Source: Macrostomum lignano (taxonomy: Eukaryota). Taken from it: DNA of 64,000 bases. Below, piece by piece: positions 1-25,300 of the stretch; position 1 is the first letter of the stretch, and the number at the start of each line of letters is the position of its first letter. A program made the position numbers and the translations under genes. The notes under the pieces are model-generated. The model saw nothing but the letters and a program-made list of their open reading frames with translations. It ran no database searches and was not told the DNA's origin. The stretch lies in assembly GCA_002269645.1 (NCBI GenBank), contig NIVC01001604.1, positions 197,442 to 261,441 of the forward strand. The letters run 5' to 3'.

Positions 1-2
1 CA

Positions 3-2693
3 GTGACCATTGCTCTGAAGGAAGGAAGCACGCCGACATCGCAATCGATAACAAGAGTAGCTGCCCATCTCAGAGAAGCACTCCTACAAGAACTGGAAGA
101 GCAGGAAAACTCAGGAATCATAGAGAAAGTTGATGGTCCCAGTGCATGGCTTTCGCGGCTAGTTGTCGTCCCAAAAGGAAAGACTGGTAAGGTACGACTG
201 ACCGTTGACTTACGAAACTTAAACGAGGCAACGGAAAAGCTACAATTTCCTATCCCATCTCTGGATGATCAGCTCACCAATATGGGAGAAGCAAGCTGCT
301 TCAGCTACATTGATGGCAAGAAAATGTTCCATCAAATTGAACTGGACAGTGAATCTAGACATCTGACAACGTTCTCAACAGGAATCCCTGGACAACCGCT
401 GTACAGGTACAAACGATTGCCGATGGGTTGGGTCAACTCGTCATTCTATCTTCAAGCCTACATGACAAAAGTTTTGGCTGGTTTACAAGGACTGCTAAAT
501 ATTCAGGATGATATAATTGTGTATGGAAAGGACGTCAAGGAACACAACAACAGGCTAAAGCAGGTCTTAGCAAGGCTCGTGGAGAACGGCATGACCGTTG
601 GAAAGGAAAAATGCAAATTTGGAATGAGTAAAGCCACTTTTATGGGATTTATTCTAGCCGAGAAGGGAATAACCATCCACGAGAAGAAAACGGAAGCTAT
701 TCAAATGTTCAAACCACCGTGCAATCCAAGTGAAGTTAAATCGTTTCTTGGTCTAGCACAATTCGTTGCTCGATTCGTACCAAACCTAGCAACCTTGTCG
801 AAGCCTCTGAATGACCTCACAAAGAAAGGAAAAACCTGGGAAAGGGGTTCAGAACAAGAAAATTCTTTCAACAGCATCAAAGCAGCGATCAGCTCAACGG
901 AAACGCTTGCGTACTTTGGAACAGGGCGAGAAACTCAGCTGCGAGTAGACGCTAGTCCTGTCGGTCTTGGTGCGATCTTGGTTCAGCGGCAGAAAGATGG
1001 AAATCTACAGCCAGTTTGCTATGCCAGTAGAACTCTCACAGACGTGGAGACTCGATACAGTCAAATCGAGCGAGAAGCATTGGCAATTAAATGGGGATGC
1101 GAGAAATTTTCTCACTTTCTCAAAGGAGCAGCCGAATTTACGGTAATAACGGATCATAAACCTCTACTCGGATGTTTTGCAACGAACTCAAAACCACCAC
1201 CAAGAATTGAGCGTTGGGCAATGAGATTGCAGCCATTCAACTTTAAGATAAAATATGAACCAGGCGACACCAACGAGGCAGATATTTTGTCGAGACAACC
1301 GGTGAAAACACCAAACGACACACTCTGCAATCGACGCGACATTGCATTCATTAACAGCAAACTTGAAAGCGCAGTAAGCACAGCTCTGAGCTTAGAGCAG
1401 ATCCGAAAAGATTCTGCGATTGATGATGAAATTGTCGAGGCACTGGAATCAATAGTATCAGGAACATGGAAAAAGCACAACAAACTATTTGCAGAAAGAA
1501 ATAAGCTGTCAGAGCAGAATGGAATTCTCCTGTACGAAGACCGCATTGTCCTGCCGAAGAGTCTGCGACAAAAAGCTCTGTTAATTGCCCATGAAGGACA
1601 TCAAGGCATTTCCAAAGCCAAAGAACGACTGCGAAGTACCGTATTTTGGCCTGGTATAAGCAAAGACGTGGAGATCTTTTGCAAGAAATGCAATGTGTGC
1701 ATCCACACAACGAAAAAAGGAAGTCGGATCCCAATTGTGCCAACGGAAATTCCGGATAAGCCGTGGGACAAAGTGGCAATGGACTTCAAAGGACCACTTC
1801 CGAATGGTAGCAACCTGCTAGTTTTCATCGACTACCACTCGAGATTTCCTCTAGTGTTCATCATGAAGCGCACAGAAGCGAGCGACGTAGTGCGAATTCT
1901 AAAGAAAGTGATATCACTATTTGGACCAATGAAAGAACTCGTCTCAGACAACGGAACAAATTTCTGTTCGAAAGTCGTTGACGAATACCTTAACAGTCAA
2001 GGCGTCATTCACTCTCAGATAATTCCGCGTCACCCAGCAGCAAATGGAGAGGTGGAAAGATTCAATGAAACATTGAACAAAGTCATCAGAAGATCCAGAA
2101 TTTTGAATGGATCAAGTTTTGAAGAGGAATTGCAAATATTTTTGCACGCCTACAGAACAACACCGATGAGAGCAATAGGCGTAGCGCCAGCAAACCTTTT
2201 CTTTCGGTGGAGCACGCGGACAAAACTTCCTCAAATGAACGACGAGACAATAGATCCTTTGATTAAGCAGAAAGATAAAGACGCCGACTACAAAAGAAAA
2301 ATGTCCAACTACGCTAATCGGAACGCTCGTGACTGCGACATCAAAACAGGTGACACAGTAGTGATTGAAAGGGAAGCAAGGAACAAGTACGATAGTTTTT
2401 TTGGTACAGAGCAATACTACGTAAGGAAGCGAGTCGGAGGACTGTTGATCCTGGAGAACAAAAGTGGCACAATCAAGAAGCGCCACGTTAATAAGGCCAG
2501 AAAGATATTCCCAGACTCAGAATCTGACGAGGCTCTGGTAACGTTTTCTGGTGGAGGAGGAATGAGCGACAGTCAGCGAGAAAAGAGGGACGCATCCGAA
2601 ATACCACAGTGTGATCCAAGAACAATGCGCAGAAGTGGACTCCGACCACAGACTGTACTGAGGAGGCCAATTCGTTTCCCTACAATGAACTGA
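3..2693 (+). CDS. Ty3/gypsy LTR retrotransposon pol (RT-RNase H-integrase), 5'-truncated by window edge
   Basis: 896-aa uninterrupted ORF. RT motifs VRLTVDLRNLN, YRYKRLPMG, NIQDDIIVYG; RNase H DASPVGLG, YSQIEREALAI, TDHKPL; integrase zinc finger HEGHQG...CKKC; core D-D-E in VAMDF, VSDNG, GEVERFN. Domain order RT-RH-IN is the Ty3/gypsy order. Confidence 0.97.
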   Translation: MTIALKEGSTPTSQSITRVAAHLREALLQELEEQENSGIIEKVDGPSAWLSRLVVVPKGKTGKVRLTVDLRNLNEATEKLQFPIPSLDDQLTNMGEASCFSYIDGKKMFHQIELDSESRHLTTFSTGIPGQPLYRYKRLPMGWVNSSFYLQAYMTKVLAGLQGLLNIQDDIIVYGKDVKEHNNRLKQVLARLVENGMTVGKEKCKFGMSKATFMGFILAEKGITIHEKKTEAIQMFKPPCNPSEVKSFLGLAQFVARFVPNLATLSKPLNDLTKKGKTWERGSEQENSFNSIKAAISSTETLAYFGTGRETQLRVDASPVGLGAILVQRQKDGNLQPVCYASRTLTDVETRYSQIEREALAIKWGCEKFSHFLKGAAEFTVITDHKPLLGCFATNSKPPPRIERWAMRLQPFNFKIKYEPGDTNEADILSRQPVKTPNDTLCNRRDIAFINSKLESAVSTALSLEQIRKDSAIDDEIVEALESIVSGTWKKHNKLFAERNKLSEQNGILLYEDRIVLPKSLRQKALLIAHEGHQGISKAKERLRSTVFWPGISKDVEIFCKKCNVCIHTTKKGSRIPIVPTEIPDKPWDKVAMDFKGPLPNGSNLLVFIDYHSRFPLVFIMKRTEASDVVRILKKVISLFGPMKELVSDNGTNFCSKVVDEYLNSQGVIHSQIIPRHPAANGEVERFNETLNKVIRRSRILNGSSFEEELQIFLHAYRTTPMRAIGVAPANLFFRWSTRTKLPQMNDETIDPLIKQKDKDADYKRKMSNYANRNARDCDIKTGDTVVIEREARNKYDSFFGTEQYYVRKRVGGLLILENKSGTIKKRHVNKARKIFPDSESDEALVTFSGGGGMSDSQREKRDASEIPQCDPRTMRRSGLRPQTVLRRPIRFPTMN

Positions 2694-2700
2694 TTTTACT

Positions 2701-2713
2701 AAAGGTGGAGGGA
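2701..2713 (+). other. Polypurine tract (PPT)
   Basis: AAAGGTGGAGGGA immediately after the pol stop and immediately before TGTGGT. Confidence 0.8.
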
Positions 2714-2841
2714 TGTGGTATCCCCAGACTGATTGTTCATTTCATTTATCTATGCTTGTACCATAGAGTATTCTATTCTTTATAATACACGCGACCGCCA
2801 AGAGAAACTTTAAAAAAATGCTTGGCCATACGAACACCACA
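2714..2841 (+). repeat. 3' LTR (128 bp)
   Basis: Starts TGTGGT right after the PPT and ends ACCACA (perfect 6-bp terminal inverted repeat); followed by GACA-type microsatellite flank. Confidence 0.75.
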
Positions 2842-2904
2842 GACACGAAGACAGACAGGCAGACAGGCAGACAGACAGGCAGACAGCAGCAGTCGATTCC
2901 TCAC

Positions 2905-16279
<13,375 letters not shown>

Positions 16280-17112
16280 GTCGGAATCGGCGAGCAGATG
16301 GGGACGGCGGGGCCCCAGTTAGAGCATGGGGGAGCTGGACAGGAAAAAGCTATTGGAGCGAAGTGACGATGCTGTGAGGAAGCGGGGGTGCTCTGCAAGG
16401 CATTTGCAGTTATATGCAGAGTGCGCTGACAGAGCATGTGCAAATATCTCTATATATAAGTAATAAGCACTGCCAACCCAGCCAGGCCAGCCAACCAGCG
16501 CCAACCCTTCAGTCTGCGCCGCTTTGGCCCCCCTGCCCGGAGTCCCCAAAGCAGTGCCAGTAGCAATGGACACCCGCTCTCGCGAAAATGAAACGCGGAA
16601 AAGAAAAGCCCCACAGAATTGAACCGCCTTCTTTCTGGTCGTAAATCAAAATCAGGAGCGAGGGGGACACAGAGGGGGAGTCAGATAGCGGGAGACAGGG
16701 GGCGGTGCAGAGCGTGTGAGAGGCAGTAAGTATTATGCTGGAGCCAATGCAGTGCTGAAGTTTGCCAGCCTTTTTTAACTGACTGCTTTTGTTGAAGACC
16801 GCAGTAAAAGCTGCCAGCTAATAAGCATGCCAGGTGACCAGGGCTGAGCAGAGAGATAGCGGCAACTTCTGAGAGCACTGCGAATTTGAGTAGGCAGCAG
16901 CTTCTCTCTCCGCCAGGTATTTTATAAACTCAAATGTTAGGTGAGAAATACAATTGAAATTTGTCAACCTCAGTTCGATAGTTGGCACACGTGCTGACAG
17001 GTGCGCTGAGTTGGCAGTAAAGTTTATTGTTTAAGCAATAATTTTATTTTTATTTGAAAGGAAAATTCTCCAAATATTCATCTAGGTTACAACACTGAGG
17101 CACAGAGTCTCA

Positions 17113-18035
17113 AACTGGCCTATGACCTAGTGTCAAACCGGCCTATGACCTAGTCTCAGACTGGCCTATGACCTAGTGTCAAACTGGCCTATGACCTAGT
17201 GTCAAACTGGCCTATGACCTAGTCTCAGACTGGCCTATGACCTAGTCTCGAACTGGCCTATGACCTAGTCTCAGACTGGCCTATGACCTAGTCTCAGACT
17301 GGCCTATGACCTAGTCTCAGACTGGCCTATGACCTAGTCTCGAACTGGCCTATGACCTAGTCTCAGACTGGCCTATGTCCTATGACCTAGTCTCAGCTAG
17401 TCTCAGACTGGCCTATGACCTAGTCTCAGACTGGCCTATGACCTAGTCTCAGCTAGTCTCAGACTGGCCTATGACCTAGTCTCAGACTGGCCTATGACCT
17501 AGTCTCGAACTGGCCTATGACCTAGTCTCAGACTGGCCTATGACCTAGTCTCGAACTGGCCTATGACCTAGTCTCAGACTGGCCTATGACCTAGTCTCGA
17601 ACTGGCCTATGACCTAGTCTCAGACTGGCCTATGACCTAGTCTCGAACTGGCCTATGACCTAGTCTCAGACTGGCCTATGACCTAGTCTCGAACTGGCCT
17701 ATGACCTAGTCTCAGACTGGCCTATGACCTAGTCTCAGCTAGTCTCAGACTGGCCTATGACCTAGTCTCAGCTAGTCTCAGACTGGCCTATGACCTAGTC
17801 TCGAACTGGCCTATGACCTAGTCTCGAACTGGCCTATGACCTAGTCTCAGACTGGCCTATGACCTAGTCTCAGACTGGCCTATGACCTAGTCTCAGCTAG
17901 TCTCAGACTGGCCTATGACCTAGTCTCGAACTGGCCTATGACCTAGTCTCAACTGGCCTTTGACCTAGTCTCGAACTGGCCTATGACCTAGTCTCGAACT
18001 GGCCTATGACCTAGTCTCAACTGACCTATGACCCA
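17113..18035. repeat. 23-bp minisatellite
   Basis: TGGCCTATGACCTAGTCTCAGAC variants, about 38 copies. Confidence 0.96.
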
Positions 18036-18949
18036 CCCTCGCTCAAACTCGCCGAAAAGTAATAAAAAAGTCCACCTCAAACTTGTCGAAGTCTTGGTGA
18101 TAATCGGACTTCACGCTTGCCATGCCCTAGATACACTACATGCTCTCAGGTGCAAGAGTGAGAATAAAACCAATACCAAAAGCTTCTATTAATCTTAATT
18201 CGTGCTTTATCAAAGCGCAGCAATTTCAAAGCTATTTGCCTTCAGTTCAGATATCAAAATCGCCCGAGTGATACTACTGACCAAGGAAAAGTAGCACAGA
18301 CAGAAAGTCATCGCGTTTCTTCTATGGAGGAGCAAAGTACTCGTAAATATAAGGTCCGATGCTGATTAGTTTTCGGTTAAAAAAACAACAGCCAAGCTTC
18401 CATAATGTCCAGTCTGCAACAGTTAAAAGTCCGAGTTGCCTCTCGGCCATCAGTCTCGAACTCCCCTTCTTGCCCAACAAACAGAACTTTCGCTGATGGC
18501 AGGAAAAGGCGGAAAACGGCAGGAAAAAGCTGGTTTCTAATTCCAATACAGAATAGAAAGCCCGAGTCCAGACAGCCCGGGGGTTCCAGCCAAAAACTGT
18601 GCAAAGCGTTGCGGCACTCCATCTTCCTCCGACAGACTTTGACGGCCCGGCACCAGCTGCATGCTGGCAGTCAGCTTTGGCAGGCGGACAGACAGGCAGA
18701 CAGCAGACACGGGCAGGCAGATACCCCCCCCCCCCCCCGACAAGCAGCAGGAGCTCGCGTTGCGCCAGGACTCTCGGAGAAGCTGCTTTCCAGCGTTAGA
18801 CAGCCCAGCTGGAATTTGCCAGCTTTGACCCACCGGACCTTGGGAAAATGTTATACGCGACTTAACAGCAGCAGGAAGGGCAGGTAATCGCCATTCTGAT
18901 TCTGGCTGGGGGATTTACGAGCTGGCGAGGGAGATAAGTGAAAGATGTT

Positions 18950-19550
18950 AAAAGGGTGAGATGCGGGAAGATGAGAAGAGATAAAGGGTGAGATGCGGGA
19001 AGATGAGAGGAGATAAAGGGTGAGATGCAGGAAGATGAGAGGAGATAAAGGGTGAGATGCAAGAAGATGAGAGGAGATAAAGGGTGAGATGCAAGAAGAT
19101 GAGAGGAGATAAAGGGTGAGATGCAGGAAGATGAGAGGAGATAAAGGGTGAGATGCGGGAAGATGAGAGGAGATAAAGGGTGAGATGCGGGAAGATGAGA
19201 GGAGATAAAGGGTGAGATGCGGGAAGATGAGAGGAGATAAAGGGTGAGATGCGGGAAGATGAGAGGAGATAAAGGTTGAGATGCGGGAAGATGAGAGGAG
19301 ATAAAGGGTGAGATGCGGGAAGATGAGAGGAGATAAAGGGTGAGATGCGGGAAGATGAGAGGAGATAAAGGGTGAGATGCAAGAAGATGAGAGGAGATAA
19401 AGGGTGAGATGCAAGAAGATGAGAGGAGATAAAGGGTGAGATGCGGGAAGATGAGAGGAGATAAAGGGTGAGATGCGGGAAGATGAGAGGAGATAAAGGG
19501 TGAGATGCGGGAAGATGAGAGGAGATAAAGGGTGAGATGCGGGAAGATGA
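18950..19550. repeat. 32-bp purine-rich minisatellite
   Basis: GAGATGCGGGAAGATGAGAGGAGATAAAGGGT, about 19 copies. Confidence 0.96.
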
Positions 19551-20225
19551 GATCGAGCGGCTAGATGGGTCGTCAAACTTAGCAGAAGCCCCTGAGGCGG
19601 CCATGGGAGTGCATCCAACAAAGTAAAGCTGCCAGAGCAGCCAAGCAAGTCGAGAAAATGTGTGGCAGCTCCAGACAAATCTGAGTTGATGCCGCAGGCA
19701 AGATAAATCGAGCCCTCGAAAGGTTCGCATAGCCGACAGACAGAAGCAATCTAAAGTGAGCATAATTTGAGCACAGTTCTCAGCCCACAGCCTACAGCAC
19801 TCATGGGCTGAAGGGGCGACAGTCGGCAAGGAATGATTTATGAGCAATCGACTCCGGACACCGGTTGACAGGCGCACAGATGTCAGGCGGACACGCCGGG
19901 TCTATGCTGGATCCCACTGGTCGCCGCACACGCAGGGTCGGTTGGAGATCAGGCCGCATAGATACTCGCAGGCCAGGCAGAAGCAAGGGAAAGCAAATTG
20001 GGGTTAAACAAACTGTAAATGCATGCGCAGCCCTGACAGCGTGCTTGATCTCATTCTGACCGATGCCCGATGATCAATGGGCTCCCATGGGAGAGCGAGG
20101 CAGAGAGCGGAAAGAGAAACTCCCTTGCCCCGGCTCACACAAGCAGAACCCGGGCCAAGGAGTGCGAAAGGACCGGTATTCGCTGCCTCGATACTGTGGC
20201 CTTTGAGCACTGAGGATCAGAAAGG

Positions 20226-20885
20226 GGTGAATCTGGGGCGGAGAGCAAATCTCATGGGTGAATCTGGGGCGGAGAGCAAATCTCATGGGTAAATCTGGGG
20301 CGGAGAGCAAATCTCATGGGTGAATCCGGAGCGGAGAGCAAACCTCATTGGTGAATCTGGAGCGGAGAGCAAATCTCATGGGTGAATCTGGAGCGGAGAG
20401 CAAATCTCATGGGTGAATCCGGTGCGGAGAGCAAATCTCATTGGTGAATCTGGAGCGGAGAGCAAATCTCATGGGTGAATCTGGAGCGGAGAGCAAACCT
20501 CATTGGTGAATCTGGAGCGGAGAGCAAATCTCATGGGTGAATCTGGAGCGGAGAGCAAATCTCATGGGTGAATCCGGTGCGGAGAGCAAATCTCATTGGT
20601 GAATCTGGAGCGGAGAGCAAATCTCATGGGTGAATCTGGAGCGGAGAGCAAACCTCATTGGTGAATCCGGAGCGGAGAGCAAATCTCATGGGTGAATCTG
20701 GGGCGGAGAGCAAATCTCATGGGTGAATCTGGGGCGGAGAGCAAATCTCATGGGTAAATCTGGGGCGGAAAGCAAATCTCATGGGTGAATCTGGAGCGGA
20801 GAGCAAATCTCATGGGTGAATCTGGGGCGGAGAGCAAATCTCATGGGTGAATCTGGAGCGGAGAGAAAATCTCATGGGTGAACCG
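20226..20885. repeat. 31-bp minisatellite
   Basis: GTGAATCTGGAGCGGAGAGCAAATCTCATGG, about 21 copies. Confidence 0.96.
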
Positions 20886-22133
20886 GAACCTCGGTGGAAG
20901 GGGCAAATCTCGTGAGGAAGGCATGCAATCTATATCCCCTGGCTGACAACCACTGCCAGACAGTGTGGAAGTTCTGCAGTTCGGGCAGCCAAAACTTCAA
21001 TAATGCAGTTGCAAGCCCTCAGGTTGGGGCCCTGTCTGGGAACCGAAATAACAGTTGCAGTTGCAGCTGAAATACAGTAACGGAGTCGAGCCCTATTCAT
21101 CGCACAGTTTCTCACGTTAGCATTCCCTCTCTCTCAAGCTGCTTGGCGAAGACACATGGATACAAGCCCGACCCGGTACACTGATAGTGCTTGCCGCAGC
21201 AGCCCTGCATTCAATTAATCCGCTAAAGTAAACAGTCGGGCGAGCTGGCTCAAGACAGGCCTCATTGATATTCAATGTAGCGAGTCTGCCTGTGCCTAAC
21301 CAGCAAGCCTCATCAAATCACCCGGCTCCTCTGACTCGCAGCCTCTTGCTCTCATGCCTTCCATGGCTCTCAGCATCAGCATCCCATCCTCCTCTTCTCT
21401 GACTCTCAATCTCGCGACCTCACACACTGACTCTGACTCTCATGCACTATCTCCCTCTCTGACTCTACTTCTCACCTTTTCTGACTCTCTCACCATCCCA
21501 CGATTTTCCCTCTCGCAAGTCTAGCACAATGTCCCAGATTAACGCGCTCGCTAAACTCGCTTAACAGATAAACTAGGCGTCAGAGGATCCAGAAAAATCA
21601 CTTTTGGCCAGCAAATCAACTGAATAGCTGAACAGGCGTCATAATTCTTTATGCCCGAACTCGAAACTTGCAGGGGTGCCACACTAAGCCAGACTTCTTC
21701 ATCAGACCTCAGAAACCAACCGAGGGTTTCGAGGCCCGAGGCTCATGAGTGCGCACTTCTTGCACACGCATTGCGGCACTCCCCCCCCCCCCCCAGCTTT
21801 GCTATTCTTCCCCAACTTCTAAGTTCTAGCTAGCATGCACGCGAGGTCTTTGTTCGGATGGGAACCAAGACAGAATAAAATATAGCTCAGCATATCCTAG
21901 TCGGATACGTTCGCTTGTACACAGAACGGCAGGTCATCAATCAAAACAGCTGCAGGGCGGCAAATCTTAGGGACAAATAGATGATTTGATGAAGAGAGGA
22001 CGCTATATACACTAGCATACGCTTTGTATTAGCATATGAAACATTTTCTTGTTAGCAATATGAAACTTAATAATCATTCCTTTGTCCGAGTTTTGTTTAA
22101 CTCATTTTCTGAGTCATAAAAACAAGATCACAG

Positions 22134-22395
22134 GGAGGGGGGATCACAACTCCAAAAAACGCATTCCATCATAAATGCGAAATATCAGAACTCCGAAAAT
22201 GCTATAGAAACGCCTAACGCCATATTTTGGTTTTCAGAGTTATGATTTCGGGTTTGTGATATTTCGGGTTTCTGATATTTCGAGTTTCTGATATTTAAAG
22301 TTAGTGATATTTCGGGTTTCTGATATTTCGGGTTTCTGATATTTCGGGTTTCTGATATTTCGGGTCTGTGATATTTCGGGTTTGTGACGACGACC
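22134..22395. mobile_element. Possible small foldback/MITE with 16-bp subterminal repeats
   Basis: TGATATTTCGGGTTTC tandem at 22250-22390, with degenerate reverse-complement copies (ATCACAACTCC, AAATATCAGAACTCCGAAA) at 22141-22200; no clear TSD. Confidence 0.4.
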
Positions 22396-25300
22396 CGATC
22401 CTAATTCAAGATTGTTGAAGATATTAAAATTCTCAATTCGCAGATAGCAGAGCTCCCTATAGTTGAAACTCGCCTCAAACCGGAACTAAAGTCATTCAGA
22501 CCAAGCGGGCGGCTCCCAGCAGTGCTGGCTGCCCAGTGCCCAGCACCAATCCATAAAGGGGAACTTTAAATAAATTTATACTTTTCTGAAATAACCCTCG
22601 GAGATTTTTTGAAGCAATAAAACGATTTCAGAACGCCAAGTCAGAGACCGTCATCGAGACTCGAGTGGGCATCGGGAAGATTGGCAGCCCCGGGCCCGAC
22701 CCCGCAATCTGCAGCGCATTAAGTAATTAAGGCGGTTAGCCGGTAGCTAATCGGGCAGTTGGGAGATAAGCTCAGGCAGGCCCAGGCCGAGCCACCCGCA
22801 GGCAGGACAGGAGCAATAAATCAGAGGCCATGGCAAATCTGCTGCCAAACTCATGAGAATTGGCTGGCTGGGCTGCAGCCCGACAAAAATTTGAAGAAAA
22901 AAACCCATGAAGCAAAAAGCTTCTTTCCAGGGAGAAGTGTTGGCGCCGATTTGAATTTGTTAATCCCCCTCCTTCCCTGGGCAAGGTTGGGAAGTCCCAC
23001 TGCTAGCCATGTCTCGAATCGGGGCTCGAATTGGAACCCCAGTCCGGTAGAACTGATAAGATAACAGCAGTTACAGGCAAGTGGCCCAGACAGCTGGCCG
23101 GACTCCAGCCTGAGATTTCGAGTGTGCACCTTGCGGAGCAAGTCTGAGCTAATAGATTCCCGAATAAAATCCCAGATTCCTGTCGGATCTAAATGTTGTG
23201 AGTCTGTGAGTTAAGACTCGGGAGGTTATTTAATTAGGCAGGGCTGGCAGACAGCAGGCGGTCAGCGACTTAAGCTCAAGCTCGCAGGTCGCAATCACTA
23301 GTCATAAATCATGAGCAGCGGTGTTAGGAATAAGAAGTCAAAATATATCAACTAGTATCCCGCAGCTTGGCTTTGCCATTTCCACGCATGCACACGAGTT
23401 TTGAGTCCTGAGTCCCGAGCTTGCTGGTTAGTGGACTGACTCTTGGCCCACCACGAGGCTCGTCTTTTAGAACCTCGCCTTACGCCTAATAGTGCAGCGA
23501 TTTTAGTTCAGCTTCAGCGATTTGGCATTGGCAGCATGCCAAACAGGGAGACGGTGCTTCGGATTTTGGGACCTTATTTTTCATTTTCACCAGCAGATAA
23601 TTTTCGATGATCGGATTAAGAAAAGCCGGGGAATAAGCCTACCGGCTGCCTTACGCTTGGAGTACATATAAGCGCTGGAAATCAACTGCCATTGCCAACT
23701 AGTCACACGAAAACAATAGGCTGTTAGACAGCTTAATGGCCAGTGCTCATGCTCACTGCTCAGCAAACACAACCAAAGACGAAGACTAACATTGCTTGAT
23801 TATATTTAAGCTGAAACTAACATTCCTTAAACCATAAAATTCTTTAACATAATTATTAGACTACGCCCCCATTACCGCATCTTGTACTTTTATTATAAAT
23901 TCTACATACGCCCAAATATCATTATAGAAAATTATCTGATACTCGTTAAAAAATAACGACCCCTGTCACCCTCTCAAACCACGGAGCCGATATATTATGC
24001 TAAGTTCAATAATAGAAATGGTGTGGGTCGAAGCGAGGGGGTCCAGGAATTATCGATCGGTCTGTCTGTACAATTGTGTACGCGCCTTGAGAGGCGGGCA
24101 GGGCCCCGGGGGGGTTTAGTTGTATAGTCCAAGTTCAGCAAATAATAATAGGGCCCCTAAGCTTGCCTTGGCCTTTACTGTCTGTCTGACTCGTTTGGAC
24201 TAAAGCTAAGTCTAGTCTAGTCTTGTGAACCAATAGACTGTTATTTGTGTCTTTGTTAGAGTACATAATAAAATGACTACTAGACTACTTGTATTTTTCC
24301 TTTCCTATTCCTAACGTAAAACTACACAAACTGCAACTAAGATAGTTCTTGCGCTTTTTACGAATTATAGTCAGAGACTCAGAGCCAAAAGCATCTAACT
24401 ATAAGCATATAATAGTATTTACTCAACTAAATAGTCAGTCCCAGCATCAACATGTAACAGACCTGCATCTTTTAACAAAAAATCCCATGATCCTTTTTCA
24501 GCACTTTCGTATGGGAAACTTTTGGTTGACCGATAGAAATAAAAGATAATCGCATGGGGACATTTCTGGGCTGTACGGGTATGCTGAATGCGGCAACATC
24601 TCCTAGCCCACGGCCCAGCTGCACCAGGCTACCAGCTACTGAACTGCCAAGTTAAAAACTTGTAGATTTAGTTTATTTTCACAGCTGATAATTATGTTTT
24701 TTTAAATTAGAATATATAATTTAATTCATTCAAAAGACGGCGAATTTTTCTAACCGATACTGCATTTTTTAAGATAAAGTGAATAAATTTATAAACAGAG
24801 CAACCAAAGCCAAAAAATAAGCGCAAAAACTTTCGGAATGAGTTGATGAAGTTTCGAGCTGTGAAAGCGACCCACCCATCTAAGCTAAACCGAGTTTTGC
24901 TGCAAAGTGGGCTTTAAAATAAGGAAGCATCGATTCTCCTTTGCCGCCTGAGGCTCGCTCTCAGATCAGTATGTATGCATTATGCAGTATGAATATGAAT
25001 GACTCATCATGTCATATCATCTTTGCCCACAATAGGGTACAGGACAGCCCATGGGAGGAAATGACTGCGAATGATTGATGATGAGCGTCAGTCGCACCTT
25101 ACGAATCGATGCATAAGAAGTTTTCGATACGAACAGCTAAGATCAAAGCATTTCATCTTATGACAGCTTAAAAGCTTATTTCAACTGAAACTGAAAATCT
25201 TTTAAAGGCATTTTCAATTTGAAAAGTTCCTGCTCACTGCTCAGAGATTGAGCTGTTTTTTAAGAATCAATGACAAGGTAACTAAGAAAGGGCAAACGAA

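Larger units (their letters stand above)
1..2841 (+). mobile_element. Ty3/gypsy element, 3' part, inserted antisense in an intron of the PTK7-like gene
   Basis: pol ORF, then polypurine tract 2701-2713 and putative LTR 2714-2841. Lies 3' (on minus strand) of the splice donor at 2904-2903. Confidence 0.9.

Noticed and set aside
1154-2670. Minus-strand ORFs overlapping pol
   Set aside because: Shadow ORFs antisense to a real coding sequence.
18948-19877. Hydrophobic ORF as candidate PTK7 signal-peptide exon
   Set aside because: No suitable donor; a much better signal exon with phase-1 GTGAGT donor exists at 16279-16213.
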